Shown here: piece by piece, positions 39,519-47,430 of the stretch
Layout: the number at the start of each line of letters is the position of its first letter
How positions within the stretch are numbered: position 1 is the first letter of the stretch
Assembly: GCA_045626925.1 (NCBI GenBank)
Contig: JAZUQZ010000003.1
Span: 18,526-82,525, forward strand
Direction: 5' to 3'
Length of the DNA stretch: 64,000 bases
DNA from: Candidatus Aphodoplasma sp.
GTDB taxonomy: Bacteria > Bacillota > Clostridia > UBA1381 > UMGS1253
The notes under the pieces: generated by a model
What the model saw: the letters and a program-made list of their open reading frames with translations, nothing else
Told to the model about the DNA's origin: nothing
The model's database searches: none
Made by a program: the position numbers and the translations under genes

Positions 39519-39555
39519 AAAAGCCGAGTACAAATATAAAAGTACTCGGCTTTAA
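39519..39555. terminator. Bidirectional terminator between the small ORF and abrB
   Basis: GCCGAGTAC (39523-39531) / GTACTCGGC (39542-39550), flanked by A-rich and T-rich runs. Confidence 0.8.
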
Positions 39556-39556
39556 T

Positions 39557-39796
39557 TTATTTTTGAAGCTCTTTTACACATTCGGGGCATATGTTTTTGC
39601 CTTTGTAAATGAAGATATCTTTTGAACTACCACAAAATATACAACATAGCTCGTGTTTTTTGAGCATTATCATATCGTTGTCAACATATATCTCAAGTTC
39701 GTCTTTTTCTTCAATGTCAAATGTGCGACGAAGCTCTATCGGAAGTACAATTCGTCCAAGCTCGTCAACTTTTCTAATGATGCCTGTCGATTTCAT
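39557..39796 (-). CDS. abrB: AbrB/SpoVT-family transition-state regulator with C-terminal CxxC...CxxC extension
   Basis: MKSTGIIRKVDELGRIVLPIELRRTF matches the swapped-hairpin AbrB N-domain almost exactly. C-terminal CIFCG...CPEC. Confidence 0.9.
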   Translation of the reverse strand: MKSTGIIRKVDELGRIVLPIELRRTFDIEEKDELEIYVDNDMIMLKKHELCCIFCGSSKDIFIYKGKNICPECVKELQK

Positions 39797-39865
39797 TATT
39801 AACCACTCCTCACAAAATTTATTGCAAAATATAAATTATGTTAAAAAAATGATGATGAAAACATT

Positions 39866-40237
39866 TTAGCATAGTTTGTATACTAAGTCAAGCAACGATT
39901 TGGAAAAAATTTGAAAATAATTTTTATGTTCGTCAAGCATAGCAAGATAGGATTTCTGATTCCCGGGATGGCATGCGGTATATACCTTATCAATAGAAAA
40001 GGTTTGCCTGAGCGTATCCACAGCCTCCATCTCCTGAGATATAACTCTACGGTGCGCCTCATCAAAATCATCAATATCGGTATATTCATTTATAGTGGGA
40101 TGAAGCGTGTGTCCATACATAGGAAATACAGAAAAACAAGCGTAAACAGACTTGGATAACTGCAAATCAAAATGGCAGGAAAAATACCCGTATTCATTTA
40201 AACCATGGGAAGATAATTGGAATGAGGTATGTAGCAT
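39866..40237 (-). CDS. Hypothetical protein or gene remnant (123-aa ORF)
   Basis: The ORF exists, but neither ATG 40237 nor internal ATG 40120 has a recognisable SD. The N-terminal 40 aa look non-protein-like; the C-terminal 80 aa look protein-like. Confidence 0.3.
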   Translation of the reverse strand: MLHTSFQLSSHGLNEYGYFSCHFDLQLSKSVYACFSVFPMYGHTLHPTINEYTDIDDFDEAHRRVISQEMEAVDTLRQTFSIDKVYTACHPGNQKSYLAMLDEHKNYFQIFSKSLLDLVYKLC

Positions 40238-40374
40238 GTTTAACTATGTTCCTGAACTTAGAAAAATAATGTATACAACAAAATATACTAATACTATATT
40301 TGTTATATTTTGGAACAACACACAGGTTGCTCCCTACTTTTTGCGGTCTGGGGTTTTTACATACCCATTATTTT

Positions 40375-41361
40375 TTATAAAGGCATATAATATGTAATCA
40401 TAGGCACCGGATGTGCAAATCCTGTTCTTTCGTATGCTCTTCTTGCAGGAGCATGACCGTCATCAAGGCCTGTATGAACTCTTGCATACTGACAGCCTTT
40501 TTTCAGTAATTCACCCTTTAAGAAGCCGTACATTCTCGATGCAATTCTTAAGCCTCTTGAGCTTAAGGATACACCGTTATAACCGAATATACCAAGTTTT
40601 CCGTCCTTTTCGTATCTCAGAGAACAAAAACCGTGAATTTCACCATTCAGTATTGCAACATAAAAATCTGCTGCTTTAAATGATTTTAAAAGAGACTCTT
40701 TAAAAACTTTTTTCCAGTCAGGCTTAACAAGATAATAAAGTTCTTCGCCCAGACAATCTTTATATGCAGCGTGAATTGCCTCCCAGGAAGCATATGCAAT
40801 TTCCAGAACCTTGTCAGTGTGTTCTTCTTTCATCGGTATGATTATAAGGTCGCCAGGATTTTCTTCTTTATATGTTTCTTCAAGCTTCATATAGTATTCA
40901 ACCTGAGGCAATCCTCTTGAAAAACCAAGCTTTTCATATGCTTTTCTTGCAGGAGCGTGACCGTCATCAAGGCCGGTTGAAACTTGTGCCGCAACACATT
41001 TCTTTTCTTTAAAAAGATTTAGAACTGTATTGTTTAATTTTCCTGCAATCCCCAAACCTCTTGCATCAGGGGATACTGCGTTATTAAGGATTTCACCGAT
41101 TTGGTTTTTTTCATCTATGTTGTAAGTTGTAAATCCCATAACTTTATTGTCGCAAAGAGCAATAAAGCCTTTTCCTGCGTTAAGGAAATTATGTACAGCC
41201 TGTTTTTTTGCTTCCTGCCAGTTTTCGTATAAAAAATTATATATTTCTTCCCCTAAGATTTCCTTGTCGACTTCTCTTATAGGAATCCATGCTTTTGCCG
41301 CAATTTCAGCAGCCGCTTCTATGTAATCACTGTGTGGTGCAACAATTTTTATTTCTTTCAT
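40375..41361 (-). CDS. Tandem-domain GNAT N-acetyltransferase
   Basis: Two internally duplicated GNAT halves. Each ends in (V)xTGLDDGHAPAR(K/R)AYE(K/R)xGF and contains (A/S)RGLGIA-type acetyl-CoA loops. Confidence 0.8.
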   Translation of the reverse strand: MKEIKIVAPHSDYIEAAAEIAAKAWIPIREVDKEILGEEIYNFLYENWQEAKKQAVHNFLNAGKGFIALCDNKVMGFTTYNIDEKNQIGEILNNAVSPDARGLGIAGKLNNTVLNLFKEKKCVAAQVSTGLDDGHAPARKAYEKLGFSRGLPQVEYYMKLEETYKEENPGDLIIIPMKEEHTDKVLEIAYASWEAIHAAYKDCLGEELYYLVKPDWKKVFKESLLKSFKAADFYVAILNGEIHGFCSLRYEKDGKLGIFGYNGVSLSSRGLRIASRMYGFLKGELLKKGCQYARVHTGLDDGHAPARRAYERTGFAHPVPMITYYMPL

Positions 41362-41570
41362 TTAAAATCGCCTCATAATTGTATGTTGTTTTTGTAAAAT
41401 ATTTTATTGTTATATTATTTTATAAAATATTCTTTATTTAAAAGGAGAAATTATATGGCAAAAAATTTAACCCCTTTTTCAGATATTTTTATTACCTTCC
41501 GAAATATTTTATCAAAGTTCTTTCACAAGTGCCAAAAAAGTCCCTAAAATAGGGGCTTTTGAAATGCATT

Positions 41571-42551
41571 TTATTCCCACTCGATGGTTGCCGGAGCTTT
41601 TGGGCTAAGGTCATAAAGCACACGACATACACCGCCAACTTCGTTTAAAATTCTGTCCGCAATTTTCTTTAAAATTGCCCAGTCAATTTCCGGCACAGTA
41701 GCGCTCATAGCGTCAACAGTATTGACCGCACGGATAATTACAGGCCAATCAAATACGCGCTTTCCGTCGCGCACACCTGTCGAACGAAAATCAGGCACAA
41801 CAGTAAAGAATTGCCAAACCTTGTCCGTAAGACCTGCTATATCAAACTCTTCGCGCAAAATTGCATCCGATTCACGAAGTGCCTCCAAACGCTCGCGAGT
41901 AATTGCCCCAAGGCAACGCACCCCAAGACCTGGTCCCGGGAATGGCTGACGGTCGACCATTTCGACCGGCAAACCCAACGCCTTGCCGACTACTCTTACT
42001 TCGTCTTTGTATAAAAGCTTTACCGGTTCAACAAGTTCAAACTGCATATCTTCCGGCAAACCGCCGACATTGTGATGTGCTTTTACGCCGTCACTTTCAA
42101 GTATGTCGGGATAAATCGTGCCTTGTGCAAGAAAAGATATCCCCTCAAGTTTGCTTGCTTCTTCGTCGAATACTTTTATAAATTCTCCGCCTATAATTTT
42201 GCGTTTTGTTTCAGGCTCTTCAACATCTTTTAAAAGCTCTAAAAATCGGTCTGTTGCATCGATATAAATAAGATTTGCATCAAGCTTGTTTCTAAAAACT
42301 TCTACAACATTTTCACTTTCGCCTTTGCGCATCAAGCCGTGGTTTACATGCACACAAACGAGCTGTTTTCCAATTGCTTTAATCAAAAGAGCAGCAACAA
42401 CAGACGAATCGACGCCACCCGATAGGGCCAAAAGCACCTTTTTGTCGCCGACCTGGTCACGAACAATTTTGACCTGCTCATCAATAAACTGATTTGCAAG
42501 TGCTTCTGTGGTAATGCGTTGCATACTTTCTGGACGGATATTTGAATTCAT
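41571..42551 (-). CDS. guaA: GMP synthase ATP-pyrophosphatase/dimerisation subunit only (no glutamine amidotransferase domain)
   Basis: PP-loop SGGVDSSV near residue 45. Canonical GuaA C-terminus ...PATIEWE. Only 326 aa. The upstream neighbour is ddh, 31 nt away, leaving no room for a GATase domain. Confidence 0.85.
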   Translation of the reverse strand: MNSNIRPESMQRITTEALANQFIDEQVKIVRDQVGDKKVLLALSGGVDSSVVAALLIKAIGKQLVCVHVNHGLMRKGESENVVEVFRNKLDANLIYIDATDRFLELLKDVEEPETKRKIIGGEFIKVFDEEASKLEGISFLAQGTIYPDILESDGVKAHHNVGGLPEDMQFELVEPVKLLYKDEVRVVGKALGLPVEMVDRQPFPGPGLGVRCLGAITRERLEALRESDAILREEFDIAGLTDKVWQFFTVVPDFRSTGVRDGKRVFDWPVIIRAVNTVDAMSATVPEIDWAILKKIADRILNEVGGVCRVLYDLSPKAPATIEWE

Positions 42552-42582
42552 ATTACTTCATCCTTTCTAAATTTTGTATATA

Positions 42583-43560
42583 TTATAATAAATTTTTTCT
42601 AAGTGTATCGGCATCATCGGGATGCATATATGCAGGAGCAATATCAAAAATCGTTTTGGCACCGTATGACTTATCCAAATACAAACGATAGGCTGCCCTT
42701 GCATATGCAACAAGCACGCTTGATGTGAACTCTGGATTTGAATCAAGAGTAAGATTAAACTCAATCAAATGCTTGTTTTCGCCTGTTTTTCCACTTCTCA
42801 TTACGCTACCGCCATGCGGAATGCCGGCGTGCTCACGCACAAGCTCTTCCTCGCTTATAAAATGCACAGTCGTATCATAATCAGCAAAATAATTTGGCAT
42901 CTCTTTGATAGTTTTTTCAATAAGCGCCTTATCAGCGTTATCATAAGCAACAACAAAACACTCTCGTGTGTGTTTTTGCCTTGTTGAAAGCTCGGGATTC
43001 TCGCCATTGCGCACGCTGTTGAGTGATGCTTCAACAGGAATTGTGTATTGACGGGCATCCTTTACGCCGTCGATGCGTCTTATTGCATCTGAATGTCCCT
43101 GGCTTACGCCTTTGCCCCAAAAGGTATAGGCACGACCGTTTGGAAGAATTGCCTCACCCATAAGACGATTGAGCGAAAACAATCCGGGGTCCCAACCGAT
43201 AGAAATTATGCTGACTTTTCTTCCTTCTTTACTTGCTTTGTCAACATTTTCAAAATGCTCGGGTATTTTTGCGTGTGTATCAAAGCTATCCACAACATTA
43301 AAATAACGAGCAAGCTCGGGTGTTTGTTGTGGCAAATCCTTTGCACTGCCACCACACAATATTATCACATCGATTTTATCTTGCATTGAAATTGCATCCT
43401 GCATCGAATATACAGGCACACCGGTAATAGTTTTAAGCGTATCGGGCGCGCGTCTTGTAAAAACGCCCACAAGCTCCATATCCTTTGATTGTGATATAGC
43501 AAGCTCTGTCCCTTTGCCAAGGTTTCCATATCCGGCGATTGCAACCCTGATAGTATTCAT
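42583..43560 (-). CDS. ddh: meso-Diaminopimelate D-dehydrogenase
   Basis: N-terminal IRVAIAGYGNLGKG Rossmann motif, ~325 aa, Ddh-like body (WDPGLFS, GVSQGHSDA). Start at ATG 43560 after AAGGAG. Confidence 0.85.
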   Translation of the reverse strand: MNTIRVAIAGYGNLGKGTELAISQSKDMELVGVFTRRAPDTLKTITGVPVYSMQDAISMQDKIDVIILCGGSAKDLPQQTPELARYFNVVDSFDTHAKIPEHFENVDKASKEGRKVSIISIGWDPGLFSLNRLMGEAILPNGRAYTFWGKGVSQGHSDAIRRIDGVKDARQYTIPVEASLNSVRNGENPELSTRQKHTRECFVVAYDNADKALIEKTIKEMPNYFADYDTTVHFISEEELVREHAGIPHGGSVMRSGKTGENKHLIEFNLTLDSNPEFTSSVLVAYARAAYRLYLDKSYGAKTIFDIAPAYMHPDDADTLRKNLL

Positions 43561-43701
43561 GTATAACTCGACTCCTTTGTGAGAAAGTAAAAATAACATT
43601 TTAACATTCTATAGTATATCATTTTGGGCGTTTTCTTGCAATAAAAAATTACAAAAACGCAATAAAAAATATTTTTATTTACTATATTTGATGTAATTTT
43701 A

Positions 43702-43730
43702 TTGTAATTGCGTCGGAGTTGTGGTATAAT
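43702..43730 (+). promoter_or_regulatory. Promoter of the murT-gatD-hisH-hisF operon
   Basis: TTGTAA (43702-43707), 17-nt spacer, extended -10 TGgTATAAT (43722-43730). Confidence 0.65.
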
Positions 43731-43804
43731 TTATGATAATTGTTGAGTAATATCGCCCAGTGTTGTTTTGGCGATAAAAGCTATTGTGAAATGAGGAATG
43801 ACAA

Positions 43805-45169
43805 ATGAACAGAATAAAATTTGTTTTATCTGTTGTCGTGTCAAAAATATTATATTTTGCGTGTAAAATGCTTGGTTCGCGTGCGTCTACGGCACCCGGA
43901 AAATATGCGCGCAAAATTTGTCCGGACATAATAAGCATACTTTCAAAGAAGATAAAAAAACAAATTATTGTTGTTTGTGGAACAAACGGCAAAACAACTA
44001 CAAATAACCTTATAAACACTACACTTTTGCGTGCGGGCTATAAGACGGTATGCAACAATGTCGGAGCAAATATGTTAGATGGTGTTGCAGCGGCTTTTTG
44101 CAAGAGCGCGGGCTTTTTTGGCACGCTTAATGCAGATTATGCATGTCTTGAGGTAGATGAGGCAAATTTAAAGCTATTATTTAAACAGATGAGTCCATCA
44201 ATCATAGTGGTGACAAATCTTTTCCGCGACCAGCTTGACAGATATGGCGAGGTCGATACAACATCAAAGCTTTTAAAAACGGCATTTGATTTGGCACCTG
44301 ATGCAAAACTTATATTAAATGCAGATGACCCGACGACATCGGCTTTTGGCGATGGGAGAGAGGCAATCTATTATTCCATAGATGGCAAGGTCGATATGCT
44401 TTCGTGCAACGAAATGCGTGATGGAGCGGTTTGTCAAAAATGTGGGGAGCCACTTGTTTATGAATATTATCTTTATGGTCGGCTTGGTCGTTATAAATGT
44501 CAAAAATGTGGTGACGAGAATAAGACGGCAACATATAAAGCAAGTGGCATAGCTGTAAAAGACGGGATACTTCATTTTGATATTACAAGAGGCGACTTTG
44601 CCGCCCATGCAGAATCGGAGGTTACGGGTCTTTACAATGTATATAATATGCTTATGGCATATGCGGCTGCAGACATAGTTGGAATTGATAACAAGTCGGT
44701 TTTATCTGTTTTGTGCTCGCAAAAACCGGAGCCGGGCCGTATGAGCCGTTTTGAGATAAATTCAAAAACTATCTATCTTTTATTATCGAAAAATCCAATT
44801 GGCTTTAACCAATCTGTGAGCACTGTTATAAATGACAACAGAGAAAAAAATGTTCTTCTTGGGCTAAATGACCTGCCACAAGATGGCGAGGATATATCGT
44901 GGATTTGGGATGTTGATTTTGAAACACTTTTAAAGGGAGATGCAAAACATTATTATATTGTAGGCGAAAGACGATTTGATATGTATTTGCGCCTAAAATA
45001 TAGTGGCTATGATGAATCAAAAATAAAGATTTTTGATTCAATTGATGATGCTATTGAAGCTATGCTGTCTGATGAGCAGACAATAAACTATCTTCTTGTG
45101 AATTATTCGGTTATGTATCCTATGTATCTAAAGCTTAAAGCGCTTGAGGGAGGGAAAACAAATGAGTAA
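43805..45169 (+). CDS. murT: Lipid II isoglutaminyl synthase, Mur-ligase-like subunit MurT
   Basis: Mur ligase P-loop GTNGKTTT. Cys4 ribbon CQKCG...CQKCG. C-terminal DUF1727-type NDLPQDGEDISWIWDVDFE. Confidence 0.85.
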   Translation: MNRIKFVLSVVVSKILYFACKMLGSRASTAPGKYARKICPDIISILSKKIKKQIIVVCGTNGKTTTNNLINTTLLRAGYKTVCNNVGANMLDGVAAAFCKSAGFFGTLNADYACLEVDEANLKLLFKQMSPSIIVVTNLFRDQLDRYGEVDTTSKLLKTAFDLAPDAKLILNADDPTTSAFGDGREAIYYSIDGKVDMLSCNEMRDGAVCQKCGEPLVYEYYLYGRLGRYKCQKCGDENKTATYKASGIAVKDGILHFDITRGDFAAHAESEVTGLYNVYNMLMAYAAADIVGIDNKSVLSVLCSQKPEPGRMSRFEINSKTIYLLLSKNPIGFNQSVSTVINDNREKNVLLGLNDLPQDGEDISWIWDVDFETLLKGDAKHYYIVGERRFDMYLRLKYSGYDESKIKIFDSIDDAIEAMLSDEQTINYLLVNYSVMYPMYLKLKALEGGKTNE

Positions 45170-45908
45170 AAAAACAATCACACTCTATCATTTATATCCG
45201 GACCTCTTAAATTTACATGCAGATTTTGGTAATGTTGCAGTAATAAAAATGCGATGCGAAAAGCGTGGTATAGAGTTTATATTAAAAACGCTTGCCATAG
45301 ATGAAAGTGCTGACTTTTGTGATGCAGATATTATTATGCTTGGCGGTGGCTCGCCAAAGGAGCTGCGCAAAGTAAGTGAGCAAAAAAGAGTTATTGCCGA
45401 TGCGCTTAAAAATTATGTCCAAAGCGATGGTATTGTGTTTGCAAGCTGTGAAGGATATCAGCTTTTGGGCAATTTTTATGAGTCTGATGGGGAGAAAATT
45501 GAAGGATTTGGAATACTTGATATTGAAACTGCTTACTCTGAAGAAAGGCTTATGTCGAATGCTATAATAGAAACAACGCTTGGCGATAGAAGTGTTATAA
45601 TAACAGGCTTTGAAAACCATACGGGAAGAACGAACATCAAAAATCATAAGCCGTTTGGCCGTGTGTTATCGGGATATGGAAATGACGGCAGCAGGGAATT
45701 TGAGGGAGTTATTTATAAAAATACAATAGCGACATATCTTTGCGGCCCACTTTTACCCCAAAATCCTGAATTTGCTGATTATTTAATTGAAACGGCGCTT
45801 AAAAGAAAGGGCGCTATGGGAGAACAAGGGCTTGATATACTTGATGATACAATTGAAATGCGTGCGAAAAACTTTATGATTGAGCGCGAAAATAAACAAA
45901 AGAATTGA
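45162..45908 (+). CDS. gatD: Lipid II isoglutaminyl synthase glutaminase subunit GatD (CobB/CobQ-like GATase)
   Basis: Catalytic Cys context SCEGYQLLG. Overlaps the murT stop (ATGAGTAA). ~248 aa. Confidence 0.85.
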   Translation: MSKKTITLYHLYPDLLNLHADFGNVAVIKMRCEKRGIEFILKTLAIDESADFCDADIIMLGGGSPKELRKVSEQKRVIADALKNYVQSDGIVFASCEGYQLLGNFYESDGEKIEGFGILDIETAYSEERLMSNAIIETTLGDRSVIITGFENHTGRTNIKNHKPFGRVLSGYGNDGSREFEGVIYKNTIATYLCGPLLPQNPEFADYLIETALKRKGAMGEQGLDILDDTIEMRAKNFMIERENKQKN

Positions 45909-45926
45909 TCCGGGAGGGCAGACAAT

Positions 45927-46541
45927 ATGGTTGGTGTAATTGATTATAAAGCGGGCAACGGTCCAAGTGTAAAAAGTGCGCTTTCACATATGGGGATTGA
46001 GGTTGTGCTTACATGCGATAAAGAGATTTTAAAACAATGTTCACATATTATTCTTCCGGGGGTGGGCTCTGCGGGCGCGACAATGGAGTCACTACGCGAG
46101 CTTGACCTTGTTGATATGTTATATGAGCATGCGATTGTAAAAAAGAAATATTTTATGGGGATTTGTGTAGGTTTACAGGTACTTTTTGAAAAAAGCGAAG
46201 AGGACAATGCGACTTGTCTTGGGTGGTTTTGTGGCGATGTTGTCCGCTTTGATGAAAAGGATGTGCGCGTGCCACAGATTGGATGGAACAGTGCAAAATT
46301 TACATCCGATGATGCAATTTTAAAAGGTATATCAGACGAGGAATATTTTTATTTTGTAAACTCGTATTATGTACGCCCAAAGGATGAAGATATTGCGTTT
46401 GCATATACGAATTATGGCGAAAAATTTTGCTCTATGATACATAAAGACAATATATATGCATCACAGTTTCACCTTGAAAAAAGCGGCGAGATAGGCTTAA
46501 AGCTTTTGAAAAATTTTGCACTTTTGGAGGCGGAGAAGTAA
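45927..46541 (+). CDS. hisH: HisH-type class I glutamine amidotransferase
   Basis: PGVGSAG, catalytic GICVGLQ Cys, PQIGWN, YFVNSY, QFHLEKS (His/Glu of the triad). Confidence 0.85.
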   Translation: MVGVIDYKAGNGPSVKSALSHMGIEVVLTCDKEILKQCSHIILPGVGSAGATMESLRELDLVDMLYEHAIVKKKYFMGICVGLQVLFEKSEEDNATCLGWFCGDVVRFDEKDVRVPQIGWNSAKFTSDDAILKGISDEEYFYFVNSYYVRPKDEDIAFAYTNYGEKFCSMIHKDNIYASQFHLEKSGEIGLKLLKNFALLEAEK

Positions 46542-46542
46542 T

Positions 46543-47337
46543 ATGCTTACAAAAAGACTTATTGCGTGCTTTGACATACGCGACAAAATGGTAACAAAGG
46601 CACACAAATTTCAAAACAATATTGACATCGATAAAGCAGAGGTAATTGCAAAAAGAATTTATGCTGACCAAATTGATGAGATTATATTTTTTGATATATT
46701 GGCAAGTGCGGAAAAACGAAAAATTGATATCGATACAGTAAAAATGGTGGCTGAAAATGTTTTTGTGCCGTTTACGGTAGGCGGTGGCATACGAAATCTT
46801 GATGATATGTATGAGGTTTTAAAGGCGGGTGCAGAAAAAATCAGCATTGACTCTATGGCGGTACGCAATCCACAGATTATAAATGATGGAGCGCGTGCTT
46901 TTGGCAGACAGTGTATCGTGCTTAGTATGCAGGTAAAAAAGGTCGAAAAAAGCGAAAAAATACCAAGCGGATATGAAATTGCGATAGATGGTGCAAGAGT
47001 GTTTACAGGTATGGACGCAGTAGAGTGGGCAAAGCGTGGCGAAGCACTTGGTGCGGGCGAAATTTGTGTAAATTCAATTGACAATGACGGCACTCATCAG
47101 GGCTATGATATTGAAATCACAAAGATGATTTCCGATGCGGTAAATATTCCCGTAATTGCATCCGGAGGAGCAGGCAAACCGGAACATTTGCTTGATGTGT
47201 TTTCACAGACGGGCGCATCTGCAGGCATAATTTCGTCTATGCTGTATTCGCCAAAAATGGAGCGAAATTACAGTGTACGCGAGATAAAAGACTATCTTAT
47301 TAAAAACGGTCAACCGATAAGACCATATATACTTTAA
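46543..47337 (+). CDS. hisF: HisF-like (beta/alpha)8 barrel cyclase subunit homologue with Asp130 replaced by Gln
   Basis: Aligns without gaps to T. maritima HisF over residues 1-130 (KRLIACFDI, PFTVGGGI, later ASGGAG). Asp11 is conserved. The codon at 46930-46932 is CAG (Gln) where HisF has the catalytic Asp130. Confidence 0.8.
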   Translation: MLTKRLIACFDIRDKMVTKAHKFQNNIDIDKAEVIAKRIYADQIDEIIFFDILASAEKRKIDIDTVKMVAENVFVPFTVGGGIRNLDDMYEVLKAGAEKISIDSMAVRNPQIINDGARAFGRQCIVLSMQVKKVEKSEKIPSGYEIAIDGARVFTGMDAVEWAKRGEALGAGEICVNSIDNDGTHQGYDIEITKMISDAVNIPVIASGGAGKPEHLLDVFSQTGASAGIISSMLYSPKMERNYSVREIKDYLIKNGQPIRPYIL

Positions 47338-47343
47338 AATTAG

Positions 47344-47372
47344 AATGTGCAAAGTTTCTTTGCACATTTTTT
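47344..47372 (+). terminator. Intrinsic terminator after hisF
   Basis: AATGTGCAAAG (47344-47354) / CTTTGCACATT (47358-47368) plus TTTT. Confidence 0.8.
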
Positions 47373-47381
47373 ATGAGAAAA

Positions 47382-47408
47382 AAACGGTGGACAATTTGTC
47401 CACCGTTT
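47382..47408. terminator. Second, bidirectional terminator (serves PFOR on the minus strand)
   Basis: AAACGGTGGACAA / TTGTCCACCGTTT palindrome, with an A7 run upstream and a T-rich run downstream. Confidence 0.8.
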
Positions 47409-47430
47409 AATTTTTATTTTAGCTTAAAGA

